From a virus: DNA of 64,000 bases. The stretch lies in the IMG/VR virus record IMGVR_UViG_3300037882_003336, positions 14,667 through 78,666 of that record; one strand, 5' to 3'. The notes below the pieces were generated by a model, which was given only the letters and a program-made list of their open reading frames with translations, searched no databases and was not told the DNA's origin. Made by a program: the position numbers and the translations under genes. The stretch's first letter is position 1. Every line of letters starts with the position of its first letter. Below are positions 56,513 to 63,951 of this stretch, one piece after another.

Positions 56513-57314
56513 GAGGTGATCGGTGCATTGTGACCCAAGCGTCCACCGGACTGAGGGTCGGTTGAGTTTCCTTGATCATGCGCTGCACGAAAAGACTGGA
56601 GATGGCGGCTAAGTCCTGATAGGTTGCGACGCCCACCAGATTGGCACGGGTTTCCCGGTTGATCCAGTTCTCACGAATGGACGGGTTGGAAAAGGCATTC
56701 CGGACTTCGGCATTCGGGAAGCAGAGCATACGGTCGATCTTTTTGGCAATCCGCCCGGTGTCCGTCACCACCTCGCTTGCGTAGTCCATGAGCAGGGTGG
56801 CTTCCTTGCAAAGACGTGCCCATCCGAGACCGGCTGCATCGTACGGCACCTCAAAGTCCCAGCCACACCCCGGACCGCCCCAAAAGTCAGCGGTGAAGAA
56901 CGACGCCATATCGGAGAGCCAAGGCGATCCGTTCTTGATGTCGAGGAACGTGGGAGCCTTGAAGGTGTCACCATGCACCAGATGCTTCATACCGTTCTCG
57001 CGACACCACTTGATGACGGACGCCTGAGACGCATAGATCGGGTCCTCGGCATTCTCAGCTTCATCAGCCGCCATCTTGTAAACCGTGTTGAGAATCTGGC
57101 GCGACATCGCCCCGATAACCGTCAGGAACACCGTGTCCACGCTCACCGAGATGGGCTTTTTGTCTTGGTGGGACAGGTCCGGGTTGTGATATCGACCACC
57201 GCCCCCACACTCCCACCATAACGCGTACATGGTGTAAAAGTCCACGATCCTCGTCTGGAACGAGACGGGCTCTGGATAGCAGTGTGATAGGGTGGCCAGA
57301 TTTGGTGGTTGCAT
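56502..57314 (-). CDS. Hypothetical protein, distant paralog of the N-terminal domain of 39797..42808
   Basis: DFY..YAL, G.GWA.L, IDR motifs in the same order. Confidence 0.55.
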   Translation of the reverse strand: MQPPNLATLSHCYPEPVSFQTRIVDFYTMYALWWECGGGGRYHNPDLSHQDKKPISVSVDTVFLTVIGAMSRQILNTVYKMAADEAENAEDPIYASQASVIKWCRENGMKHLVHGDTFKAPTFLDIKNGSPWLSDMASFFTADFWGGPGCGWDFEVPYDAAGLGWARLCKEATLLMDYASEVVTDTGRIAKKIDRMLCFPNAEVRNAFSNPSIRENWINRETRANLVGVATYQDLAAISSLFVQRMIKETQPTLSPVDAWVTMHRSPHGN

Positions 57315-57329
57315 AAAGTATAAAAATCG

Positions 57330-57530
57330 TTACCAGGACTCGTAGTCGGTTAGTTCCAGTTCGTCCCCGTATACCGTGTCAAGGACCTTCACGGTGTTCC
57401 CGAGACTCGTTGGTGTGAAGACGAATGAGTATCTACCGCCTATCGCGGTGTTTGGTGCTTTTTTCCGAGTGGCTCGCCACTCTTGGAACTGCGTTTCCTG
57501 CGTTTCTGTCAGTGAGAAGGTGTGGGGCAT
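57330..57530 (-). CDS. Small phage protein
   Basis: AIGGRYSFVFTPTSLG...LELTDYESW motif of a kind seen in large phages. Confidence 0.7.
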   Translation of the reverse strand: MPHTFSLTETQETQFQEWRATRKKAPNTAIGGRYSFVFTPTSLGNTVKVLDTVYGDELELTDYESW

Positions 57531-57613
57531 GGGGTGCCGGGTGGTACCATCATGGTCGAGAAAGGTGTCGACTGGACAGTATCAGGCCATGATGATAGCG
57601 AACCACTGTGTTT

Positions 57614-57826
57614 TCATAGGAGTTTGATGAACCCATACCGGTGCATCAGGATCAGCGTTTGCGTGAGTTCCTCAACGTCTTTCGGGTCTTTCGGGTCTTT
57701 GAAACCGGTGGCTTCCGTCGCCAAGAATCCAGCAGCTTTTTTGGCGCTGTGCAACTCTTCGTGCCTCCGGCATTCACGTGGGGTCTCGAATTCCTGCCCG
57801 TCTTTGGATCTGTAGATCGTGGTCAT
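57614..57826 (-). CDS. Small hypothetical protein
   Basis: YRSKDGQEFET..EC..HE motif. Confidence 0.6.
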   Translation of the reverse strand: MTTIYRSKDGQEFETPRECRRHEELHSAKKAAGFLATEATGFKDPKDPKDVEELTQTLILMHRYGFIKLL

Positions 57827-57829
57827 GTG

Positions 57830-58192
57830 TTAGTGTTTTTGGTGAAGTTTGCAGCCTTGGACGACGCACCATCCGGTGCCCACTTGCCCGCAAGACCTGT
57901 CGAGGAACACCTTGATTTCGATGTCGGCCTGCCGGTGGCAACGTCGCCCCGAGTTACTGAGAAACTGGCATCGCCCAAACACCGGTTTAGGGACAGCTTT
58001 GGACAACGTGCCCTTCCCACCACAGACGTGGCAAATGTCGGCGTCTGGAAATCCCAGATAGCGCTTCTGACCGATACCCCGGCACTGCCCGCACGGCTTG
58101 CGGCGACCGAGTTTTGGTCGGTCGGGGCAGTCACGAGGGTGGTGACCCCGGTCCTGACAGCGTGCACACCAATCGCCGAAAATGGAGCCCAT
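57830..58192 (-). CDS. Cys-rich Zn-binding protein (Zn knuckle plus CxxCxGxG repeats)
   Basis: CARCQDRGHHPRDC; CGQCRGIG; CHVCGGKG. Confidence 0.6.
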   Translation of the reverse strand: MGSIFGDWCARCQDRGHHPRDCPDRPKLGRRKPCGQCRGIGQKRYLGFPDADICHVCGGKGTLSKAVPKPVFGRCQFLSNSGRRCHRQADIEIKVFLDRSCGQVGTGWCVVQGCKLHQKH

Positions 58193-58196
58193 AGAG

Positions 58197-58499
58197 TTAG
58201 TCGTTGAAGATCAGGAGTTCGGTGAAGAGGCTACGCTCGCGGGGATCAGCGGGGATGAAACGATCGAAAAGCTTGTCCCCGTCATTGTCGCGTTGCTCCC
58301 CAGTGTGAACGAGAACGATTTCGCGTCCCGTACGCTCACTGACCAACACAAAACCAGAGTCGAGGCTGTCCGGATAGGGCTGCATGTAGGTGAGGTCACG
58401 CAGTTCGCTCCAGTCAGCCGAAAAGGACTTGGTCGAGGCGCTGTAGGTGAAGCGCTCGGTGCTGAGGTGAGTAGTCGGGATGACGGTGGCGTTGCTCAT
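58197..58499 (-). CDS. Hypothetical early protein
   Basis: Start MSNATV fixed by promoter P6. Confidence 0.65.
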   Translation of the reverse strand: MSNATVIPTTHLSTERFTYSASTKSFSADWSELRDLTYMQPYPDSLDSGFVLVSERTGREIVLVHTGEQRDNDGDKLFDRFIPADPRERSLFTELLIFND

Positions 58500-58505
58500 G
58501 CCGAT

Positions 58506-58534
58506 ATTATACCACATCTTAGGACTTTTGTCAA
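58506..58534 (-). promoter_or_regulatory. Sigma70-type promoter P6 (leaderless)
   Basis: TTGACA-17-TATAAT, extended TG, ATG 6 nt downstream. Confidence 0.9.
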
Positions 58535-58575
58535 GTCCCCCACTGTGTGGACCCTAGGTGCTTAGCTATCGGGGT

Positions 58576-59442
58576 ATGTCAACCACACTCCAAACTCTCA
58601 TCGGGTTGTCGAATGGCAAAAAGCCTGAAGACTTCAAGAAGCTTCCACTCATGAAACGCGGTGCCAAGGGACCGCTGGTCGGGCAACTCCAGTCGATGCT
58701 CGCCTCGCAGGGTGCGTACCGACATCGGATTGACGAAGACTTCGGCAAACACACCGACGGCGCAGTCCGTTACTTCCAGTCAACCCACGTGGACTCCAAG
58801 GGTGAGTACCTGAAGGTTGATGGCGAGGTGGGATTGGAAACATGGTGGGCACTCTTCAACCCGTCCGGAGACGCGCAGGATCAGAAGGTGGTGCCAAGCG
58901 GTACGAATCGTGGTCTCAGCAAAACCCGTCAGGACGTGATCAACACGGGTCTCAAGGAGTTCAGGATTCCGGTATTTGAGGTGCCGGATGGGTCGAACTG
59001 GGGACCCCGCGTCGCCGAGTATCTCGGGCTTCTCGGGATTGGGCCGAACCCATGGTGTGCCGCTTACATCCAGGCGGTGCTGTACTGGAGCACCGGCAGC
59101 TTCCTGAACGGTAAGAGCGCCCACGTGTGGACGATTTGGCGTCAAGCTCAGGCGAAGGGGCAAGCGTTCAAACGCGACAAGCGGAATCCGGTTCCCGGAG
59201 ATCTGTTCGTGCAACTCCATGCCAACGGTACTGGTCACATCGGGTTCGTGTACCGGGTCAGCGAAGATGGGCTGTGGGTGTCAACGCTGGAAGGCAACAC
59301 CGGTAACCGGGTGCGGATCGGCAAACGCCGGGTCGCCACGATCGCCGGGTGGATTGTCCCGTACGGTGACGCCGATGTGGTATACAACTTCAAGAAGGGA
59401 CTAGCGGACGGTGTTGATACGGGAAACCTTGGTGACCGGTGA
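58576..59442 (+). CDS. Endolysin: peptidoglycan-binding domain plus CHAP domain
   Basis: GAKGPLV..LQ..L...FG..T..AV..FQ...VDG.VG..TW; PWCAAY...PGD...GHIG...EGNT. Confidence 0.9.
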   Translation: MSTTLQTLIGLSNGKKPEDFKKLPLMKRGAKGPLVGQLQSMLASQGAYRHRIDEDFGKHTDGAVRYFQSTHVDSKGEYLKVDGEVGLETWWALFNPSGDAQDQKVVPSGTNRGLSKTRQDVINTGLKEFRIPVFEVPDGSNWGPRVAEYLGLLGIGPNPWCAAYIQAVLYWSTGSFLNGKSAHVWTIWRQAQAKGQAFKRDKRNPVPGDLFVQLHANGTGHIGFVYRVSEDGLWVSTLEGNTGNRVRIGKRRVATIAGWIVPYGDADVVYNFKKGLADGVDTGNLGDR

Positions 59443-59841
59443 TCGGTGCCAAGACCCACGAAGGTCGTAGCGACCTTTTTTGGCGTTGGCGTTGAAGCCA
59501 AAGCGGCGGTAGAAACGCCTTAGCCGCTCCGTGGAACTGGTGGTCTTCCAGGTTTTGTCACGGTCGCCCGGTGATCCAAGCGACATTGTGATCGTGATGC
59601 CGTATCGGTCGGCGAACCGACAGAGTTTCTCTAGCCATGCGGTTCCGGTGCCGGATGGAGCGTCACGCTTGGTGCGGATGGAATCGAGGTGAATGAACGG
59701 CTTGCCATCGTGCCAATACGGATTGATGCGAGTCTCCAGACCCCCCTCGGCGTTGTCACGCTGAAGCTCCATAAGCTCCAAGGCAGCTGCCTCAGGAAGC
59801 CCCTGTTGCTCTGATTCCAGTATCCGTGCCAGCAGACTCAC
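59401..59841 (-). CDS. GNAT-fold acetyltransferase-like protein with leader MSLLARILES
   Basis: HLDSI...GTGT..LEKL..FAD...RLRRFYRRFGF. Confidence 0.65.
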   Translation of the reverse strand: MSLLARILESEQQGLPEAAALELMELQRDNAEGGLETRINPYWHDGKPFIHLDSIRTKRDAPSGTGTAWLEKLCRFADRYGITITMSLGSPGDRDKTWKTTSSTERLRRFYRRFGFNANAKKGRYDLRGSWHRSPVTKVSRINTVR

Positions 59842-59849
59842 CTACAAAC

Positions 59850-60170
59850 CTAGTTCGACTTCTGGATGCCCTCCAAGACCGTGGTGGGCTGTCCACGTCT
59901 GGCTTCCGATAGCTCCTGTTTGAGACGGCTCACTTCATGCCTGAGCGCGGTGGCGCGGCGATCGGCGTCCAGAAGCTCCCGGCGCGAATAAAAGATCGCG
60001 TCTTCCGTTGGCATCAGTGTTTGTCCGTCTGCGAACTCATACACCTCACCAGCCTTGAGTTTGATGTGGGCGGGATCGTTCCACGCGGCCTTGGGCAACA
60101 CCGAGTTGTGTGGTATCCCCATGCAGGACACCAAGATAAGGGAGAGCGCGGACAATAAAGCTGTTTTCAT
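59850..60170 (-). CDS. Lipoprotein (possible o-spanin)
   Basis: MKTALLSALSLILVSC lipobox; near the endolysin. Confidence 0.6.
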   Translation of the reverse strand: MKTALLSALSLILVSCMGIPHNSVLPKAAWNDPAHIKLKAGEVYEFADGQTLMPTEDAIFYSRRELLDADRRATALRHEVSRLKQELSEARRGQPTTVLEGIQKSN

Positions 60171-60523
60171 ACGGGTTCGGCGCGGCGACTTGGGGTGAGA
60201 TCCTGAATGAGGTCGAAGAGGATCTGGCGATGATTCATGAGTTCAGGAATCTCCACGTCATAGACACGACGGATTCTGGCAGTGAAGTCAATGCCGGTCG
60301 CCCCGCGTCCAGCCCTCAGCATTTCTGCCTCTTCCTCCAGTTTCTTGATCGCCGCATCCGTGGCGTGATGGCTATTGATCGCGGTCATCAGCGAATCAAG
60401 CATCGCCCGTCTTGCATCATCCTCCTTGGCACGCACAAACCGCTCCGCGATCGTGAGAGACTTGGTGAGCAGGAACTTGATTCCCGGCCAGAGTGGGCTG
60501 TTAGCGTCGAGTTCCTTACTCAT
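60167..60523 (-). CDS. Coiled-coil hypothetical protein (possible spanin partner)
   Basis: Helical, coupled to the lipoprotein gene. Confidence 0.5.
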   Translation of the reverse strand: MSKELDANSPLWPGIKFLLTKSLTIAERFVRAKEDDARRAMLDSLMTAINSHHATDAAIKKLEEEAEMLRAGRGATGIDFTARIRRVYDVEIPELMNHRQILFDLIQDLTPSRRAEPV

Positions 60524-60635
60524 GGCTCCCTATCCCAGCAGTTACCCACAGTGCTAAGAACACCACGACAAGGAACGCTACACCTGCCGCGACAGCAGTG
60601 AGGCCGATCTTGGTCAAGGACAGGGTGGCGATCAT
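60516..60635 (-). CDS. 39-aa single-TM microprotein (not in the ORF track)
   Basis: MIATLSLTKIGLTAVAAGVAFLVVVFLALWVTAGIGSHE*; exactly fills the gap after tatA. Confidence 0.55.
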   Translation of the reverse strand: MIATLSLTKIGLTAVAAGVAFLVVVFLALWVTAGIGSHE

Positions 60636-60638
60636 AAG

Positions 60639-60821
60639 TCACTTCACCTCGTTCTTGATTTCGTCCTCGAACTCCTGTTTGGCCTTCTTGAATTCACCCA
60701 TACTCTTACCCATACCACGGGCGAGTTCAGGAAGCTTCTTGGCTCCAAACATCAGAAGGAGCAGCAAGACGACGATGGCTATTTCCGGGCCACCAAGGGC
60801 AAAAGCGAGTAGTGGTATCAT
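60639..60821 (-). CDS. tatA: Twin-arginine translocase subunit TatA/E
   Basis: GGPEIAIVVLLLLLMFGAKKLPELARGMGKSMGEFKKA, canonical TatA TM, FG hinge and amphipathic helix. Confidence 0.95.
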   Translation of the reverse strand: MIPLLAFALGGPEIAIVVLLLLLMFGAKKLPELARGMGKSMGEFKKAKQEFEDEIKNEVK

Positions 60822-60826
60822 AGTGG

Positions 60827-61930
60827 CTAAGAAAGGTCGGTTTCCCGGACGAGCACAACTGGGATTTTGGCGTCCACGCCTCTTATCCTCAACGCCGCTA
60901 TTCGGTGATTCCCGTCACTTGATATCACGTATTTGCCGGGGTGCACGTCTGGTTGGACCGAGATCCGGGTGACTCCGGATGCCTTAACTCCGACTTGGTC
61001 GATTGCCTCCCCAGCCGCTTCCAGTCGCGCCACCGACAGTTCTGATCGGCTCAGCGAAACGTCCATCGGCGACACCATGAGTTCCACTTCCTCCGTCTCC
61101 CCTCGTAATGCTGGCTCGTGTTCCTGAACCGGCAATCTGAGACTGGCTGCCGATACCTTCGCACTACCATGACTGGCGACCGCACGGCGCATAGCTTGGC
61201 GGTAGACCTGATGGGGTGAACCGTCTATGGACTCTGTGAGCTTCACTTGTTCAGCGACCGCAAAGAAGTTGGACCCATCCTTGGTGAGTTGTTCGGCCTT
61301 CAGTTTGTCGACTCTCCAGGCTTTTTCTACTGATACCCGCCCTTCATGAGCGGCGTGGGCACCAAGATCCAGCAGTCGCTGCTTCATCCACAGTGGCATC
61401 GCTTTGAGAGCCCTCTTGCCAGCCGCCGACGCATAAGCGTATTCACCGTTTCTGGCCCTTTGAACCTGTCGTGGAGTGGCTTTGGACGCCACAAACGCGG
61501 ACACTTGCGTCAGGAATTGTGGGTTCTGCTTGAGGGTTCTGGCATACTCGTCGTCATACTGACTTGATTCTGGTCTTGCAGCTATCGACAGCGTTTCACC
61601 AACACTATCTTCATCCGGATCAAGGTTGCCAACCTCCACCTTGGCTACTTGGAACACGTATCCGAACTGTCCCATGCTCAGGAAGTGCTTCGAAAGTTGG
61701 TCGCCCACTTTGGAGCCAAGTACGTCACCACCCAATGCGTAAATGACCGAATATCGCAAGCTACTCGTCAGATAAACCTTCCCACGCACCGGGGCAAGTT
61801 GGCCTTTTCCCACCAACTCAACGTCACGGGGCTTGATACCGTGTTGCAGGATTTGCTGGGCGGCTTTTTCATCCGGGCATCCGTGATAGAAGGTGTCCGA
61901 GATTGCTTCTGTGATGAGGTTCGCAAGCAT
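60827..61930 (-). CDS. ADP-ribosyltransferase-like domain fused to a ParB/sulfiredoxin-like domain
   Basis: FYHGC...I...GI.P...VYLT...Y...YA (ART fold); SDGNHRIAAL...IPV (ParB-N). Confidence 0.65.
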   Translation of the reverse strand: MLANLITEAISDTFYHGCPDEKAAQQILQHGIKPRDVELVGKGQLAPVRGKVYLTSSLRYSVIYALGGDVLGSKVGDQLSKHFLSMGQFGYVFQVAKVEVGNLDPDEDSVGETLSIAARPESSQYDDEYARTLKQNPQFLTQVSAFVASKATPRQVQRARNGEYAYASAAGKRALKAMPLWMKQRLLDLGAHAAHEGRVSVEKAWRVDKLKAEQLTKDGSNFFAVAEQVKLTESIDGSPHQVYRQAMRRAVASHGSAKVSAASLRLPVQEHEPALRGETEEVELMVSPMDVSLSRSELSVARLEAAGEAIDQVGVKASGVTRISVQPDVHPGKYVISSDGNHRIAALRIRGVDAKIPVVLVRETDLS

Positions 61931-61932
61931 GG

Positions 61933-62274
61933 TCAGGACTGGACAGAATGGGTGACCGGGCCAAGGTGTTTGTAAACAAACTCTTCGGCGGAGTGGGCTT
62001 GGCACAACACCAAACTATGGGTACCAGCGACCGTCACCACGTCGCTCGTGAACTCGCCACACTCCATGCACTTGTACTGGGCGTCCTCACGCTTGACTAA
62101 GTGCACACGACGGCTCAGGTACTTCCGATAGCAATCCTCCGCTTCTTCCTTGGTTGCGTGTGGGTTGTGCTTGGCGCAGTCCCCGACCGCGAAGATACCC
62201 CCATCCCGGTCCACGGCACACGTGTAGTGCCATCCTCCGCACAGCTTGACCTGTCTGGCTTGGTAATCTCGCAT
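61933..62274 (-). CDS. Cys/His-rich phage protein
   Basis: WHYTC...GDC..H.PHAT.EEA..CY...CMEC...LCQAH. Confidence 0.6.
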   Translation of the reverse strand: MRDYQARQVKLCGGWHYTCAVDRDGGIFAVGDCAKHNPHATKEEAEDCYRKYLSRRVHLVKREDAQYKCMECGEFTSDVVTVAGTHSLVLCQAHSAEEFVYKHLGPVTHSVQS

Positions 62275-62288
62275 AAAAACACCTAGGT

Positions 62289-63074
62289 ATGGAGATGAAA
62301 ACGAACCTACTCCTTTTGCTTCTCTTGCCATTCTTCTTCGTTTCGTGCGTGTCCCTGGGTAGACCGACACTTCCCGAGAAACCAAAGCACCGGGAACCCG
62401 CCAAAGGGAGCAAGACGTACAAACCGGTTGGCGAGTGGGAGGTGCGGAACCTGAATGACCTGAAGCCAGCAGTCGCTCAGGGTGCAACCGCCACCATGAA
62501 AGATGGTGTGATCACGCTAGACCTCAAGGGCAACAAGATAGACGGCTCCAAGCAGAAGGGCGACGGTGGGCAAAGCGAAGACCAGACCCCCATGTTGCGG
62601 GCACGGGTGCCGCTCATCGTGAAGGGTGGGTTTGTGGAGAATAACAAAAACGCACTCGTCTTCTACGCGCCCAACAGCGGGGTAGTGCAGATGACGTGGC
62701 TCAACATCGGTGAAGATGCGGTCGCGACCCACGATGGTGCCAAGAACTTCCTAGTGGATGGGTGCGAGTTCCTGAATAGCGGGAATGGTGACAAGTCCAT
62801 CCAACTCAACGAGGCTGATGGTGCAATCGTCCGCAACAACCTCATCTACGGCGGCATCACGGGAGCTCGGATTGGAAAGATCGACTATTCCGCGAAGACC
62901 GATGTGGCGGAGTGCGCCAACAACACCTTCATTGGCACCGATACCGCTTGGGGAGTTGGCAAAATCAAGCTCCGAGTGACCAAGAAGAACGACTACCGTG
63001 GAGTTAGGCTCCCGTTCTCCACGACCGCTGGCGCAACGATCAGCAACGCCGACGGCGACGTTAAGACCAACTAG
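62289..63074 (+). CDS. Lipoprotein, pectate lyase (PL3)-like beta-helix
   Basis: FVSC lipobox; GDGGQSEDQTP, W.NIGEDA, DKSIQLN motifs of PL3 lyases. Confidence 0.75.
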   Translation: MEMKTNLLLLLLLPFFFVSCVSLGRPTLPEKPKHREPAKGSKTYKPVGEWEVRNLNDLKPAVAQGATATMKDGVITLDLKGNKIDGSKQKGDGGQSEDQTPMLRARVPLIVKGGFVENNKNALVFYAPNSGVVQMTWLNIGEDAVATHDGAKNFLVDGCEFLNSGNGDKSIQLNEADGAIVRNNLIYGGITGARIGKIDYSAKTDVAECANNTFIGTDTAWGVGKIKLRVTKKNDYRGVRLPFSTTAGATISNADGDVKTN

Positions 63075-63088
63075 CGTTCTGGCATCCG

Positions 63089-63331
63089 ATGGATAAACCG
63101 GCAGCAGGGAAACGCACATACCGTGGAGTTGAGTTCGAATTCACCACCACTGGGATTTGGATGTTCACCGACTACTTGCCGAGTTCAGCTTCTCACTGGA
63201 ACAGTTGGTCACGGTTCTTCACACCTGAAGAGCAGCGAAATGTGACCGAAGAAGCCATGAAACGTGCCATCGATCGAGCCTATGCCAACACCCCCATCCA
63301 CACGGGAGACCTCAGGGACCAAAGCTGTTGA
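63089..63331 (+). CDS. Hypothetical protein
   Basis: 80 aa ORF following the lyase. Confidence 0.5.
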   Translation: MDKPAAGKRTYRGVEFEFTTTGIWMFTDYLPSSASHWNSWSRFFTPEEQRNVTEEAMKRAIDRAYANTPIHTGDLRDQSC

Positions 63332-63596
63332 ACGACCACCGCAAGTTGTGGTGTGCGCGGCAATTCGTCACCGGGAAAACGGGCGTATTATTTGCGGACC
63401 TCGCCACTTCGACGCCACCATGCACGGTCAGATCAATGAGGACAGGGAGTGGCGCTTCTCCGACCAAGGATTTGTGGACCAGTTCGGAGCCTTCCTGACC
63501 CGCGAGGAAGCGTGGGTCATCGCGAACCAACGTGGGCAGATTCGCCACACGTTCAGTTGTTCGCCCAAAACGCTGTATTCAGAGCACCTTTATTAG
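63264..63596 (+). CDS. Small phage protein (start uncertain)
   Basis: VVCAAIR...G.RHFD...DQGFVDQFG.FLTREEAW.IA...LYSE.LY motif. Confidence 0.7.
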   Translation: MPSIEPMPTPPSTRETSGTKAVERPPQVVVCAAIRHRENGRIICGPRHFDATMHGQINEDREWRFSDQGFVDQFGAFLTREEAWVIANQRGQIRHTFSCSPKTLYSEHLY

Positions 63597-63597
63597 G

Positions 63598-63951
63598 CTA
63601 TTTGACGTAGCCGGGAATCTGCTGGTGGTTGATTCTCCACTTACGGCAAAGCCCCCTGACGATGTCAAGGCGGAAGTTCCCAATGGCTTGGTCCATAGCT
63701 GCCGTGAACTGTGGGCTCGACTCCCACTGTTCGAACGCGGCCTCATACTCCGGGCTTCCTTCCTCAAGTCCACCGGGGTTCGGGAAGTTGAGGCCAAGAT
63801 CAGCCGAGTCCATCACCCGGTCTTCGATGAAATCAGCCACGGTTTCCACGTGGTTGGTGATAGCCGAATTCGGGCTGGTTTGGCGAATGTTGCCATCCCC
63901 CTCCAAAAGAACTTCGGCGAGACTGCGACTGGGTTGGCTGGGCTTTGGCAT
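63598..63951 (-). CDS. Hypothetical protein
   Basis: 117 aa; N-terminal SLAEVLLEG. Confidence 0.55.
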   Translation of the reverse strand: MPKPSQPSRSLAEVLLEGDGNIRQTSPNSAITNHVETVADFIEDRVMDSADLGLNFPNPGGLEEGSPEYEAAFEQWESSPQFTAAMDQAIGNFRLDIVRGLCRKWRINHQQIPGYVK

